A stretch of DNA of 64,000 nt from Eledone cirrhosa (GCA_964016885.1 OZ024740.1:274784001-274848000); one strand, 5' to 3'; positions 39,456 to 54,824 are shown, counted from the first letter of the stretch. The notes: generated by a model not told the origin, from the sequence alone. Program-made: numbers and translations.

Positions 39456-39835
39456 GGGTGTGTATGATTGTGTATAGAAGATTATATTAATAAAAGGAAT
39501 TCCAACTTTGTCTGATTTACTCGTTTTATTTACAATCCTTTAAAATTTATAATGGTATTATAATGAAATAGTATGATAGAATATTAAATGTTAAGTGTTA
39601 GTAGAACAAGTACTTTCATGCTTTCGCATTCTTCAGGTTCATAATGTGTGGTGACAGTCAAGTTTGCAATTTTTAACAGTTGAAAATTGCAAACTAAATG
39701 ACAATGCAGAGAAAGTTGGCCTGCGCATCAGTTGTGGAAAAACCAAGACCATGTCAACAGGTGACCCTCCAAATCCTCCCATCATGGTTGGTCAGCGTAA
39801 CATTGAATGTGTAAACCACTTCCATATATATATAT

Positions 39836-40110
39836 ATTGTTATACTTTGGGAGGGTCATGTTGCCAATAAGAAACACACGCACCAGTTGCTTTCACTCCA
39901 ATTTATTATAAATTTTAAAAAAATAATAAAAAAATTGTTTAAATGTATAAATTTCCGGTTGATTGGCTGGTTCCACAACCGGACGGTTGTTCATATATTG
40001 TCAAAGTTCTTTCGTCACACATTCTGTGACCTCTTCAGTGACTGGGGATTCTTTTCTTTGTTTTATGCTTCTCCTTTTTTCTGTCCTACTTGTTTTTGTG
40101 TATGTGTTAT
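39836..40110 (-). mobile_element. 3' end related to PLE family 3
   Basis: tattgttatactttgggagggtcat...tcaaagttctttcgt matches 54973-55190; a stub also lies at 56372-56418. Confidence 0.7.
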
Positions 40111-40236
40111 ATATATATATATATATATATCCATCCCTGCCAGAATGGGATAGATGAATTTTCATATGATGGTGATGATGATAATAATTTATATATATAT
40201 ATTTATATATATATATATATACATATATATACATAT

Positions 40237-40597
40237 GGAGGCACATGGGTTAGTGGTTAGAGCATTAGCCTTGCAATTGAAAGGTTGTGAGTTCAATTCT
40301 CGGACCGGGTGATGTGTTGTTTCTTTGAGCAAGACACTTTATTTCACATTGCTCCAGTTTACTCAGCTGTAGAAATGAGATGATAGAACTGGGGTCCCTA
40401 TCATTCCACTGCAAAGTACCCAGCCCACACTGTAAACTGGACGTGTAGGCGTCATGGAAAAAAAGCACCCTGCACTCACTGTAAATGAGGTTGGTGTTAG
40501 GAAGGGCATCCAGCTGTAGAAATCAAGCCAGAATCAGTTCCCGTCCCACCCTTGCAAGCAGGGAAAAGCAGACATAAAATGATGATGATGATGATGA
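40237..40597 (+). mobile_element. SINE family 1
   Basis: Match to 26522-26872. Confidence 0.9.
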
Positions 40598-41276
40598 TAT
40601 ATATATATACCCACACTGATAACACCTTTTCTATCACTAACCAGCCCAACCATCTGCCATTTTATTCCCCCTATCTGATCGATCCATCCAACAAACAACA
40701 CCATCACCCCCAATTCCAACTCCAACACTACTTCCAACAACCACCACCACCACCTTCATCATCAACAACTACAACTCTACTGGAGTGTTGGAATAAACAC
40801 TTTTCAGAGTAATGCTTGTATGTGTAAAACATACATTAGTCTACAATGACCAGATTCTAAGACTGCTTTTATGTTGTTGTTGTTGTTGTTATTTGTGGTT
40901 GGTAGTTTGTGTTGTTGTTATTTCTGTAGTGCTCTTTTATTGTTTCTTAGGTTGTTTTCTTGTTGCTAATTTTGTTGTTTCTGGTTGCTAAATTACTATT
41001 TTTTGTTGCCTATCTTTCATAAGTGTTCTTTGTTTTGTTATTATCATTATTATTATTATTATTATTGTTGTTGTTGTTGTTAATAATATCATCATAATCA
41101 TCATCATCATTACTATTTTTTAAAAGTGTTTTTGTATATATATATATATATATATATATTTTTTAGGGAATCAACACACATACGTAGCTACATACTCAAA
41201 CACACACATAAATGCACACATACACAGGAACATGCACATACAGAGATACACATGCATACACACACACACACACACA

Positions 41277-41315
<39 letters not shown>

Positions 41316-41929
41316 ATATATATCCGTGCAGAAACATACATAAACGTGTCTGCCCTCTTCGCCTTTTTGGACTCTCTAATTACAAAACATGCTATATTAC
41401 CACACACTGGCAACCAACTGCCCCTGTCTGCCCCAATCTCTACCCCAAACCACTAACTACCTCCACTACTACCAACACCAATGCATACACCCCTACCACT
41501 CTATATCTGCTTTCAGAATTAAGCTCCCCTCTTCCCTTTTCACATACACGCATACACACAAACACACATACACTCACATACACAAAGACGAAATTTTGTC
41601 TGGTGACTTTTCCATTAAGTTAATTCTGAAAATCAATATGACTTTTATTTAAAAATTCCAAACATGTTGTATTAAGAATGAATGAATGATGGAGAAGATA
41701 ATGGTGTAGGAAGGAGAAGTGAGAAGAAAGCAATGTAAATAATAATGATGGTGATGATGATTATTAAGACATTACTCTTACTGATGATGACAATGATGAT
41801 AGACTGTAATAGTAACAGCAATATGTTTTCTTACATAAGTACTATGCCTAAAATTTAAAGGAGGGTATATGCAAACCTTTTGAACCACAGTACCTGACTG
41901 GTACTTTATTTCGTTGACCCCAAAAAGGT

Positions 41930-42146
41930 TTAACTCTTTAGAATTTATATTACTCTATATTTACTATTGTATTTTTATGGTAAAAGCTTTATCTTACATA
42001 ATTATCTCATATAATATCAAATCTATGAGATTTTGATATTATTTATTTTGAGAACAATACCTTAACGTCAGTATGAGTGGCCAATTATAACCAGAGGTGA
42101 GAAAATTCAGGCCAGATATATCCGGTTTAAATGCTAAAGGGTTAAA
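41930..42146. mobile_element. piggyBac-like MITE inserted in an old SINE
   Basis: TTAA-ctctttagaattt ... aaatgctaaaggg-TTAA; related copies at 43241-43459 and 48128-48321. Confidence 0.75.
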
Positions 42147-42840
42147 GGTAACTTTTGCTTTTGACAGGATTTGAACTCAGTATGTAAAGATTCAGATGAA
42201 ATACTACAAATGTCTGATTATATATATTTTAAAAATCCTGTTATTGATAGTGTAAAAATACACACACATGTACCCCAGGTCCGAACACAGAGGAGCTGAA
42301 CTCTCACTGTCATGGCCTCCATCTCACTTGCCCTTTGCATCTTTCACTATTATGAGCAAATGGGGTTCCATGTGCTGGCCACCCCATGACCCCGATGGAC
42401 AGAATAGAGAAGGCAAGAATGTTGTCCAATACACAAACAATACTGCTAATAGACTGCTTTAGCAATAACAATAAAGATTTCTTAAGCACAAGACCAGATT
42501 TTAAGAGGTACACTGTTGATTAGATTAACACCAGTAATTGACTGAATTGTTAAAGCATTAGACAAAATGTCTCTGGGATTTAGTTTATAGCTCTTTATGT
42601 TCTGAATTCAGATCCAAATATATATTGCTGCCTCTACATAATTGTGTGATAACTGGTGATGGACTTGTGACCTGTGCTGGCAGGCATAAGAAGGACACAG
42701 GTTGATATCAAACATGTTAAAACAGCTCATTTTCATTGTTGTTTCACTCTAAGTCAAGATTAGATATAATCAATGGCCTTTTAGCTCTGACCCATAACAT
42801 TTTGCTTTATCCCTAGTGTGTCTAGATTTATACAATGCTC

Positions 42841-43029
42841 AGCTTAAAAGTTTATAGGCTGACCAAGATACTCTCATAGAATGACTAAATGAGGTTTATT
42901 TTTCAACATTGTTTGCTGGGAAAACACAATACAAGCATTAAGAAGAGTTGAAATTAATGCATGCAAGATTTCACAGTTCTAGCATCATTACTTCATAGTC
43001 AGCCTATGAACTTTTCAGCTGACCCTCAT
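42841..43029. mobile_element. Mariner-derived MITE
   Basis: TIR aaaagtt(t/c)ataggctgac as in 12160-13320. Confidence 0.8.
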
Positions 43030-43240
43030 ACCTTTAATTCTTTCACTTTCAGGTTATAAATGTATCCATCGTGTACTGTATTCATTTTTAAATTCCTATA
43101 AAACCTTATGTGATTGATGACAGTGAATTGACAAAATCTTTAGTGCATTGAGAAAAATGCTGTACAGTATTTGTTCTAGACCCTTGCATTCTGAATTTAA
43201 TTCTTGCCGATGTCAAATTTACCTTTCAACATTTTGGGGG

Positions 43241-43459
43241 TTAACCCTTTAATGTTCAAACCGGCCAAAACCAGCCAGAATTCTGTACCTCTTTCTGTTG
43301 AAACTGGCTGTAACTGGTCGCTCACACTGATGTTAAGGTATTGTTCTCAAAATAAATACTTTCAAAGTCTCATATTATGTGAGATAATTATGTGAGGTAA
43401 AGCCTTTACCATGAAAATATAATAGTATATATAGAGTAATGTGACTGCTAAAAGGTTAA
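43241..43459. mobile_element. piggyBac-like MITE
   Basis: TTAAcccttt...aaaaggTTAA; body is the reverse complement of 41930-42146. Confidence 0.7.
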
Positions 43460-44854
43460 TAAAATATAGAACCAATCCAGGTATGTAGATTGTTAGAGCA
43501 TTGGATAAAATGCTTTGTAATACTTGTTTCACCCGCTTTAAGTTCTGTATGTCTAAGTAGGTGTGAGGAGCTTATCTGTACATAGATGATAAAATTGGGT
43601 CTTGTAAAAATTAATCAAAGATAGGAAATGGGAAGTTATCTTTGCATTTTTTAATGAACATTCCATGATTAGCACATAGCAATTCTTAAGGAAGTTAACA
43701 GTAGTTTGTTGGCTTGATGGTGCTAAAGAAAATAATAGAATACTAAGATCTGAAGATCATGAAAGACAAACTTGAAATTTGCAGGATTTGAATTAAGAAT
43801 ATATAGGCATGGAACTAAATACTGCTAAACAATTTGTCTGGGACTCAACCAATTCTGTACTCAACCACCTTTAATAATATTAATTTCTAGCATAGGCACA
43901 AAGCCAAATATTCATGTGGAGGGTTTAGTAAACTAAATGAGCCCTAAAACTTGACTAGTACTTTATTCTATTGATTCCAGAAGAGTGAAAGGCAAAGCAG
44001 ATCCCATAAAATAAAGAGTCAGAACAAATACTGCAAATCTTTTTGTTTGATGCTCTAACAATCCTTAATAGTAACATGAAGGGGTTATGGAAAATAAAAA
44101 TCCTTTAAATTTTTAGGAACAAAAGAAGGATAGATGTTTAGTCAATTCATTTAACACTAGTATTTTACTGGTATTCGTTTTGTCAATCCAGAATAAATGC
44201 AAGACAACGTTAACACCGACTGGAAAGACTTGGATTTAAAATGTAAAGAGATGGAACTAAATACTGACATTTTGTTTAGTACTGTCCTGATTCTAGCAAC
44301 TTTCAATTTAATCCAAATAAATAGAAGTAGAACTCCCTCAAATCACACCACACCATCTTACTGAAAGGAGGGATACATGAACAATGTGGTTCTAGATACA
44401 CTACATATGATGAGCTGGTAACAGATGGAGTGTTTTTAACTATACATTTTATTTTAAAAGGGCTGGCCTGAGGCTATACAACAACAACAACAATAATTTA
44501 ATATCATCATTTTATGTTCACTTTTCTATACTGGACTGTATTCTAGGGTAGGATGCTCTCCTAACGTCAATCCTTCCTTTTTCTAAGTGTGGTACTTAAT
44601 TCTTCTAACATTCACAAGTAAAACTGCTATATTGCAAAACATTGTTTATGTTTGACATAAGCAAATGTTACTGGTTGCCAAAGCACCATCAAAGTGAGGA
44701 AACACAGTGACAAATACTCGACACCTACCCCACCTACACACACATGATAGGTTTGAACACAGATTTTGACAACTAAATTCAACTATATGGCTTCTGTCAG
44801 CCCTCAGCTCTAGTAGATGGCACTTTCAGCAGCAGCAGCAGCAGCAGCAGTAGC

Positions 44855-44893
<39 letters not shown>

Positions 44894-45519
44894 GGCGGTG
44901 GTGGCGGTGGTGGTGGTAGTAGTAGTAGTGGTGGTGGTGGTAGTAGTAAGGCAAAACTGAAAATCTAAAAATTGAAAAAGTGACAAAAAATGTTTAATAT
45001 GAAGAAAAATAATTCTAAATAACAAAACACATTAAATAATAATAAAAATAACAATATTATAATAATAATAAACAGGAAATATAAAACATGGGACACTTAA
45101 ATCTGCATTGTCTTCTATATGTTGGAATTAAAAACATATTTTGTTTATCCATCTAGTTTTAGGTTTGTGCTTTGTTTGTTTCTTAAAAGCCATTGAAAAA
45201 TGAAAGAATTTCTCTCCAAATCATAATGTGGAACCAGTGCCTTTTTTTTATGAACACTTTCTGTAGCTATTGTTGTTTTCTTTTTTGTTATTATCAATAT
45301 TATTCATTTATCTGTTTGTTGCCCACTGACACCACCCCTTTTTAAAGTGTTCATAAGTGAAAGTAGTTTAGAGTAAAACATTTAACCATCACCTAGCGAC
45401 CATTCTGCATTATTAGTTGAGATAAAGTAAAGTTTTCTAGAATGATTACATTTTCACAAAATTTTAAATTATGTAAATAAACTAAAAACTAAATAACACA
45501 AAAAGGGAATTGAAAATGT

Positions 45520-45780
45520 AAAATAAATGTTTAAATGAATAAATATATAAATAAATATTTAAATAAATAAATAAATAAATATTTAAACAAATAAATATAT
45601 AAATAAATATTTAAATGAATAAATAAATATTTAAATAAATATTTAAATAAATATTTAAATAAATAAATATATAAATAAATATTTAAACAAATAAGTATAT
45701 TAAATATTTAAATGAATAAATAAATGTATAAATAAATATTTAAATATTTAAATAAATAAATAAATAAATTACATTTTAAA
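45520..45780. repeat. AT-rich minisatellite (aaataaatattt variants)
   Basis: Direct inspection. Confidence 0.8.
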
Positions 45781-46134
45781 TTGTTATTTATAATTTTAAA
45801 GCCAAAACCATTTCTCTTGAGAAGTGGGTAAGTTTCCAGCTAGCTCGCTGACTCTACAAACGTTTCCAGCTTTTCATATCTGGTTTAAAAAGTTGTTTTA
45901 TTGTTAACGTTCCTAATGCTTTCTTATAAAGTCTATGTAAACATTTCAACTATTTCTTTCTCTCCTCTCTATAAAGTAGGGATGACTGTCGCTTTGTTGT
46001 TTGAAGATTTTTCATAATTACTATTTTATATAATCTGTTATATAATGGGAAAATTTCTTCAGGGGCTTCCAATATGACAGAAATAACAGCAAAACCTCTC
46101 TCATTTTAAAATTAGGAAGGATACTTTAGAAAAT

Positions 46135-46335
46135 ATGAGGGTTGACTGAAAAGTTCATAGGCTGACTATGAAGTATTGATGCTAAAGCTGTAAAATCTTG
46201 CATGCATTAATTTCAACTCCTCTTATTAATAACTGCATTGTTTCTTTCCAGCAACTCTGTTGAAAAATAAACTTCATTTGGTCATTCCACGAGAGTATCT
46301 TGGTCATCCTATGAACTTTTCAGCTGACCATCATA
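46135..46335. mobile_element. Mariner-derived MITE
   Basis: tgagggttgactgaaaagttcataggctgac...gtcatcctatgaacttttcagctgaccatca. Confidence 0.85.
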
Positions 46336-48002
46336 TAAATCTAGATACACTAGAGATGAAACAAAAGGTTATGGGATCGTAAGAGCTAAAATGCCATTCT
46401 CATGCCTGCCAGGACAGGTTCAAGGCCCATCACCAGTTCTTACAGCATTGTATAAAGGCAGCAATATATTTTTCAAACAGGCCTTTCTACCTAAGGCCTG
46501 GACATGGCCTTTGTTATCTTGCATGAAAGATGATGTGGTACAAATGCTGTTACCACATCTGCCCATACTGCAGTTTTGGTGGTCTTATTCGCACTAGTTA
46601 CCAATTTGGTAAAAATCTCAGAACTGCAAAGACTAGTCTTTTATAGAAGCAGCCTTTACTTACCTCATCATAGCTACATCACTGGGTTGGGAGAGTTGTT
46701 CTGAGAGCTAACAGTGTCACCCATTGCTGCATAGAGTGTGTAGCTTGGAGATCAGAGAGTCACTCCAGGTAGAACTGTTGCTCCTCTGAATTGAGAGATC
46801 ACAGCTCCAATACTACAAACAAATGGTCAGAATGTCTAAAGAAAGACTCAGTGGACAAATTTTACAGCAAAATCAATTGACAGGAGACCCAGGTGAAGAT
46901 CTCAATCAAGATGGTTAGATAACATCTATGAGCTCAGCTGGTCTTGCTTGAGGATACAGCTGGATAAATGGGAGATAGTTGCTTCTGATAGAATCTGCTG
47001 GAAGCCATGCTTGAGGACCCTGCTCCCATGACTTCCCAAGAATAAATGTGCAAAGAAGGCGAAAAAGGTATCAACCTGCCCATAATCACCCGTTTTAAAG
47101 GTATCTTTGAAACAAAACCTGTTTTAAAGGTATCTTATTCAAAATATAATCGTCAACTATAATTTGATAAAAACTTTTTGTTAAGTTGTGATGCAAATAC
47201 TATAGTAATAGTGAAATAGTTGACAATTTTAGGGATTATCATTGTGACCACAGTCGAATATTCCTGATAAAGTCTCTCCACAGTTTATGATTTTCCACTG
47301 CTCCTATTGAGGTTTGTATCATGTGAGATTTGATCAATGAATGTCCAAGCATGTTTTCCTCTATTGCGTCTCCCATGATTTGGTTCCCACAATAGTAGTT
47401 TGTGTATAACTTCCTGCTTATTTCTCCAGCAATGTCCAGCAAATCGTAACCTCCTTTTTACAATTTTAGTAAAGCCCTAAAACCCTAAAAAATTCTTCAT
47501 AAATTAATTGTAATTTGGTGAGTGTCATTAGCAATATGTCAATGAAATGGTTTTTAAATGTTTGCAATTTTAACATGTTTAAGCTTCTACTACCAGAAAG
47601 ATCAGATACAAGTATACCATAGCATGAGACACTAGAATTGACAAGGATTACCTACAAACCTTGATTGGAAACATAGACTGTTATTGTGAAGCTTGCTGTG
47701 TCTCCTAATGGTAATGGATAAGATAAGATAAGCCTCCTTCGCTTTAAGGCACATTGAATCCTATATGTTCTCTCATATATCAGTCAACTATCAGAATAAA
47801 TAATTTGGTGATGAAGCTGTGTCTTGAAAATTATGTAAGAGGCATGGTTGTATGATTAAGTAGTTCACTTTGCAGTCACATAGATTCATTCCTTCAGCAA
47901 CTGCTTTCTACTATAGGCTCAGAGTGACCAGGGATATACAGCTGAAATTTAGTAGACAGAAACTGTGTGGAAGCCCATTGTATATGTGTATTTGTAATGG
48001 TG

Positions 48003-48043
<41 letters not shown>

Positions 48044-48464
48044 GGTGTGTTTGTCTTCAGATGAGTCTTTACATTGATGCCACTTAGACAGTTGGTGAGA
48101 TTTGCTTATATTCTGCAGCTCTGCAATTTAACCCTATAGCATTTACATTACTCTATATTTACTATTGTATTCTAATGGTAAAAGCGTTACCTAATACATT
48201 GAATCTAGAGATTTTGATATTATTTATTTTGAGAACAATACCTTAACATTAGTATGAGTGACTGATTACAACCAGTTTGAACAGAAAGAGGTGAAAAATT
48301 TCTGACCGGTTTAAATGTTAAATACATGAAAATCGATAGAATAAGTATCGTACTTAAAAATAAGTAAGAGTGAACATCAGTAAAATATCTTCTAAAATAT
48401 CTCATCCAACTCATGCCATGCATAGGGAAGTAGATGTAAAAATGATGATGAGGACGATGATATA

Positions 48465-48870
48465 ATGGTTTCTGATTCAGGCACAAGGCCAACAATTTTG
48501 TGGGGAAGGGAAAAGCCAATAAAATCGACTTCAGTGCATTACTGGTACTTTATGAAAAGCAAAGCTAACCTTGTTTGGATTTGAAATCATAAAGTAAAGG
48601 TCCATAACTCTATGCCGTAAAGCATGGTATCTGATGCTCTACCAATATTGCTAATCAATCACCCTAATGATGATGATATAATTGTTTCTACTTTAGGCAC
48701 AAGACCAGCAATTATAGCAGTACATTACTGGTACTTTATTTTATCAACCCATTAAGGATGAAAGGCTAAGTTAACCTCAACGGGATTAGAACTCAGATCA
48801 TAAAGGGCCGTAACTCTATGCTGCAAAGCATGGCATCCAACCTCTACCGATACTGCCAATCCACTGCCCT
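48465..48870 (-). mobile_element. Two tandem SINE family 2 copies
   Basis: Two reverse-complement matches (48465-48665 and 48680-48870). Confidence 0.8.
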
Positions 48871-48969
48871 AATAATGATGATATAATGACATCATACATC
48901 ATATAAATTAATTCTATGTCACAAAATGTATCTAGTATTTCTCTAAAACAATTTTAAAGAGGTCCATAT

Positions 48970-49296
48970 GGAGGCACATGGCTTAGTGGTTAGGGCATTG
49001 GCCTTGCAATCGAAACGTTATGAGTTCAATTCTCAGACCAGGTGATGTGTTGTTTCCTTGAGCAAGACACTTTATTTCACATTGCTCCAGTTTACTCAGC
49101 TGTAGAAATGAGATGATAGGGACTGGGGTCCATATCATTCCACTGCAAAGTGGTCGTGGAGGTGCCACGGCAAAAAAGCACCCACCACTCACTGTAAATG
49201 AGGTTGGTGTTAGGAAGGGCATCCAGCTGTAGAAATCAAGCCAGAATCAGTTCCTGTCCCACCCTTGCAAGCAGAGAAAAAGCGCATGTAAAATGA
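48970..49296 (+). mobile_element. SINE family 1
   Basis: Match to 26522-26872. Confidence 0.9.
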
Positions 49297-49720
49297 AATG
49301 AAAATGAAAATAGAGAAAACTATGCAGAATCTGACTGAGACACAAATATATCAGAATCATATACTTTTAGTTGTAAAACTAGTATGTAATCCCTAGGGTT
49401 TGTAACACCAAAATGAATCTTAAAACAAGACTAGAAGTATTTTCTTATATTTGAATGCAAAAAAACTATCACAAAAATATAATTAGGGCTGGGTAAGATT
49501 TATCTTAAAATTTTGTGTAACTGATAGAGACACAGAGAGATTTTATCAAACTATTTGATCCCAGAGGATTTCATAAGTCTGATTACAATGCTGTTAATGT
49601 TTACAATTCTGGTGATAACTCAATGGGATATCATTGTTGTTGCTATTGTTGTACATTGTGCATAGCCATTCATATTCTTAGTAGTTAAATATCATGTGGT
49701 GAATAAGGATAGTAGCTGAA

Positions 49721-50229
49721 TAATTGTTTCTACTTTTGGCACAAGGCCAGCAATTATCCCAGTATATTACTGGTGCTTTATTTTATTGACCACCGTAAGG
49801 ATGAAAGGCAAAGTTAACCCCGGCAGGATTTGAACACAGAACGTAAAGGGCTGTAACTCAATGCTGCAAAGCTTGGCGTTCGACCTTCTACTTGAATAAT
49901 TGAATAATGATGGGAAACTATGGTATGGATCTTTTGGTATAGTTACTAAATATACCATATATACTCGAATATAAGCTGATCCGAGTATAAACCCCTATTT
50001 TATGTCTAAGAAATAGCCAAAATTCCAAGCCCTGTTATAAACCAAGGCACTGGCAGTATCGGTAGAGGGTTGGATGCCATGCTTTGACGCATAGATTTAC
50101 GGCCCTTGCCATTCTGAGTTCAAATCCCGCTGAGGTTAACTTTGCCTTTCATCCTTATGGGGTCGATAAAATAAAGTACCAGTAATACACTGGGTAATTG
50201 CTGGCCTTGTGCCAAAAGTAGAAACAATT
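49721..50229. mobile_element. Two SINE family 2 copies in divergent orientation (49721-49890 minus, 50050-50229 plus)
   Basis: Core and B-box matches. Confidence 0.85.
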
Positions 50230-51183
50230 ATTTAGATGGAGTATATAAGGCAAGCTTCCATTTTACCCTCAATTTTTGGTTACATATTCCTTGGCTTATA
50301 TTTGAGTGCATACAGTAATTTTTTCACTCCCTCACACTTTCCTTCACTTACCAACCCCTCTATATATTCTTCTGTTGGAGTATTATTACATGCCTTCCTA
50401 CCCCCCCCCCCCTCCAATACAATCCTACCACCTTCTACCTCTTCCTTAAATAAAGCAGGCCTCTAATCTACATGGTTAACTGGTCCATAATTCCTTCTCC
50501 ATCTTACCAGACTTATAGCTGTAAAATAATTGAAAATATACTCTTGTGTCCCGGGGCAGGGGGAATTTTTCTAGGTTGGTTGCTCCCTTGATTTTTTTAA
50601 AATCCAGAATTAGCCATTCAGTTGACATATTTGAGACCCTAACCCATCCTATTTATTTTATAATAAATGGGATTTCTTGTAATGTTCCTTTTCTGTAATG
50701 TATAATATTTTTTTATGTCTAAAGTAAATTAATTGTCGCAGGAATGCTACCACTTAAAATGAAATTTTGTCAGAGGTAGATTAACAAAATTTAATAAGCA
50801 GCAGATGGAAGAAGAGCATGGTGGGGAATTTGAAAGATTAATGAACAAGACCTGAAATTACCTGGGATAACTATATCATAATGAAATATATATGTTGCAG
50901 TATTTTACATACATACACACTAGCTGATAAGATAACAGTTTTGAAATAGGGGGATTGTTACTTTAGTGTAATGATTAACACAGATTTCTGACATACAGTA
51001 GTTGTGAGGTTCAATTCCCACAAGTGCTTCTGTCTGTATTTTGCTACTGGAAAGGATTATATCTCCGATTTATTTTCAACTACTATAGTTAAAATTTTGT
51101 GTTGTAGTATTTTTCATGAAAGTAAAATAAACTTTAAAATTCTCATATTACAATATGCTCTGTAGATATTCTCTCTCTCTCTA

Positions 51184-51288
<105 letters not shown>

Positions 51289-51383
51289 GTGAAGTAATTC
51301 CGTCGGAAAAGTCCAGGAAAAAAGAGTGCTCTATGTAGGTAACAGAGCTTAATAGTTATGTAATAAACAACATAAGGCAATTA

Positions 51384-51443
51384 TTCTATTTACCAGTGGT
51401 TTCTTAAAAGCAAAAAATTTTGCTTTCAATCCTCAGAATGAAA
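51384..51443 (-). ncRNA. Type I hammerhead, family H (GUA site)
   Basis: Reverse complement: tttcatt-CTGAGGA-ttgaaagcaaaa..ttttgcttttaa-GAAA-ccactgg-TA-aatagaa. Confidence 0.8.
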
Positions 51444-51962
51444 AAATCCTGGTCTGTTTATTGAATTTGGATTTTAAAAACAAAAATGCAATCTATATGA
51501 AAGTGAGGCTGGAGGAAGAAGAAGGAAAGGAAAAATAAAATAAAACCACACATGCAAACACACACACAAACACACACACACACGCAAATAAATATAAGAA
51601 AAAATATATATGAAAAAATAAAATAATAATAAAGATTATTATACAGTTGACAGCGATACAAACGGCGGGTAGATGAACAGACACGCGTGGTAAGCAATAC
51701 ACACAAATGCACGTACACATACGTACGAAAAAGTAAATACATACACACACTCGCACACATAAATATACATATACAAATACATAAATACATACATACATAT
51801 ACACAAATACATACACAACACGCACACACACAAGTATACAATTATACACACACATATACACATACATATATATATATATATATAAATACACACACACACA
51901 TATATATATGTATACATACACACACACATACATACATGTAATTTAGCAACATAAGGCAATTA

Positions 51963-52023
51963 TTCCATTCACCAGTGGTTTCTTAAAAGCAAAAAAAGTT
52001 TGCCTTCAATCCTCAGAATGAAA
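51963..52023 (-). ncRNA. Hammerhead, family H, with GUG at the cleavage triplet
   Basis: Same fold, GAAA-ccactgg-TG. Confidence 0.7.
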
Positions 52024-52531
52024 AAAACCTGGTCTATCTACATATCCATATATATACACATATATATATATATATACACACACACATACATACACATACA
52101 TATTGGTATGTGAAGGGTAAGGCAAAAAGAATATATGGAGGGGGGGGGGGGGAGACATAGGAAAAGGTGAAATATAAGGGGAGATAAGGGAGAAAAAATA
52201 CAAGAGTACAGAACGTGGATTCAGCTAAACTTGAGAGCCACTTCCGCTTGCCTTAACTCAAAGACTGAGATCTTCAGATGCTGTCCTCATCTGAAATCAC
52301 ATCTGATCTGTAACTGGATTGACACTCCTATGATAAATCAACCGCCTTGAACTCCTTTCCTGCTCTTTACTTCTGCTACAGTTTTTTTTATTTGCTGAAT
52401 CCACGTTCTGTATTCTTGTATTTTTTTTCTCCCTTATCTCCCCTTATATTTCACCTTTTCCTATGTCTCCCCCCCCCCCCCATATATTCTTTTTGCCTTA
52501 CCCTTCACATACCAATATGTATGTGTATGTA

Positions 52532-52624
<93 letters not shown>

Positions 52625-52656
52625 ATATATATGTATATGTAGATAGAGCAGGTTTT

Positions 52657-52717
52657 TTTCATTCTGAGGATAGAAGGCAAACCTTTTTTGTTTTTAAGAA
52701 ACCACTGGTGAATGGAA
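52657..52717 (+). ncRNA. Hammerhead, family H, with GUG at the cleavage triplet
   Basis: tttcatt-CTGAGGA-tagaaggcaaa..tttgtttttaa-GAAA-ccactgg-TG-aatggaa. Confidence 0.7.
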
Positions 52718-52820
52718 TAATTGCCTTATGTTGCTTATTACATTACTACTATATATATGTATATGTAAGGTTCATATGAATTATCTAAGATTGAGTTTTA
52801 CACACACACATATGTGTATG

Positions 52821-52895
<75 letters not shown>

Positions 52896-53015
52896 ATATG
52901 TGTGTGTTTGTATTTGGTTGTGCGTGTTTATGATATGTACGTATTTGTATGTGTATAATTGTATAGCTATGTATGTATGTGTGTGTATGTATACATATAT
53001 ATATGTGTGTGTGTG

Positions 53016-53090
<75 letters not shown>

Positions 53091-53525
53091 GTATAATTGT
53101 ATACTTGTGTGTGTGCGTGTTGTGTATGTATTTGTGTATGTGTATGTATGTGTTTATGTATTTGTATATGTATATTTATGTGTGAGAGTGTGTGTATGTA
53201 TTTACTTTTTCGTACGTATGTGTACGTGCATTTGTGTGTATTGCTTACCACGCGTGTCTGTTCATCTACCCGCCGTTTGTATCGCTGTCAACTGTATAAT
53301 AATCTTTATTATTAATTTATTTTTTTATATATATTTTTTCTTTTATTTATTTGCGTGTGTGAATATGTAGAGGAGTGTATATTTTTCTAATTTTGTACAT
53401 GTATATGAACGCCTTTATGTATGTGTATGTATGTACGTGTGTATATAGGTATGATTGTGTGCATGTATGTATGTATGTATGTATATGTATGTGTGTATGG
53501 CTATGTATGTGTATGTGTATGCATG

Positions 53526-53558
<33 letters not shown>

Positions 53559-53566
<8 letters not shown>

Positions 53567-54749
53567 GATCGAGTATCGAAAAATCGGCGCACGAGTTAAC
53601 GAAAAACGAAATCCGATATGAGCGGCAGAGGGCTCAATAATTCAGATGAATCAGAGCTATAACTATCGTTAAAATACCGTCACATATAGAACAAGTCTAC
53701 AATCAACCATACGATTTAAAATCGATAAAGGAAGATTCGGGCCAAACAGATAAAAAATATCAATAAAACAATACATCAATAATTTAAATGAATGTAAAAT
53801 CATACCCGGACCCACTAGAAAGGTGTTAAATCTAGCTTCATGGGTTTCTGTAAATCCTTAGACAGTACTCTATCAGCTCACATATAAATATAAAAGCCTA
53901 CTAGAATAAGTGGAATGGAGTTTACGTTGTCAACGAGTTTTATCCTGGCGGCAAAGGAGTCAACTAGCGGTGAAAAACGCACATGGCATTAGACAAGGGA
54001 GATGACCCCTATATCCGCGAAAATAATTCGAGTGAATGTGGAAATACACATATCGAATTAGAGTGCTCAATAGACATGTTAAAATAAAACAAAAGCTATT
54101 CATCACTCAATAGAATCGACAAAATATGAGCAATAAAATTAACTGGTGGATAGCTATGTCCAGAGCTAAATATATTAGAAAGATCGAGTATCGAAAAATC
54201 GGCGCACGAGTTAACGAAAAACGAAATCCGATATGAGCGGCAGAGGGCTCAATAATTCAGATGAATCAGAGCTATAACTATCGTTAAAATACCGTCACAT
54301 ATAGAACAAGTCTACAATCAACCATACGATTTAAAATCGATAAAGGAAGATTCGGGCCAAACAGATAAAAAATATCAATAAAACAATACATCAATAATTT
54401 AAATGAATGTAAAATCATACCCGGACCCACTAGAAAGGTGTTAAATCTAGCTTCATGGGTTTCTGTAAATCCTTAGACAGTACTCTATCAGCTCACATAT
54501 AAATATAAAAGCCTACTAGAATAAGTGGAATGGAGTTTACGTTGTCAACGAGTTTTATCCTGGCGGCAAAGGAGTCAACTAGCGGTGAAAAACGCACATG
54601 GCATTAGACAAGGGAGATGACCCCTATATCCGCGAAAATAATTCGAGTGAATGTGGAAATACACATATCGAATTAGAGTGCTCAATAGACATGTTAAAAT
54701 AAAACAAAAGCTATTCATCACTCAATAGAATCGACAAAATATGAGCAAT

Positions 54750-54754
<5 letters not shown>
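53559..54754 (-). mobile_element. Head-to-tail array (~1.95 units, period 615 bp) of a non-coding structured element, subfamily B
   Basis: 53561-54139 is repeated, apparently identically, at 54176-54754; TA flanks; homologous to 6881-7946. Confidence 0.9.
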
Positions 54755-54824
<70 letters not shown>

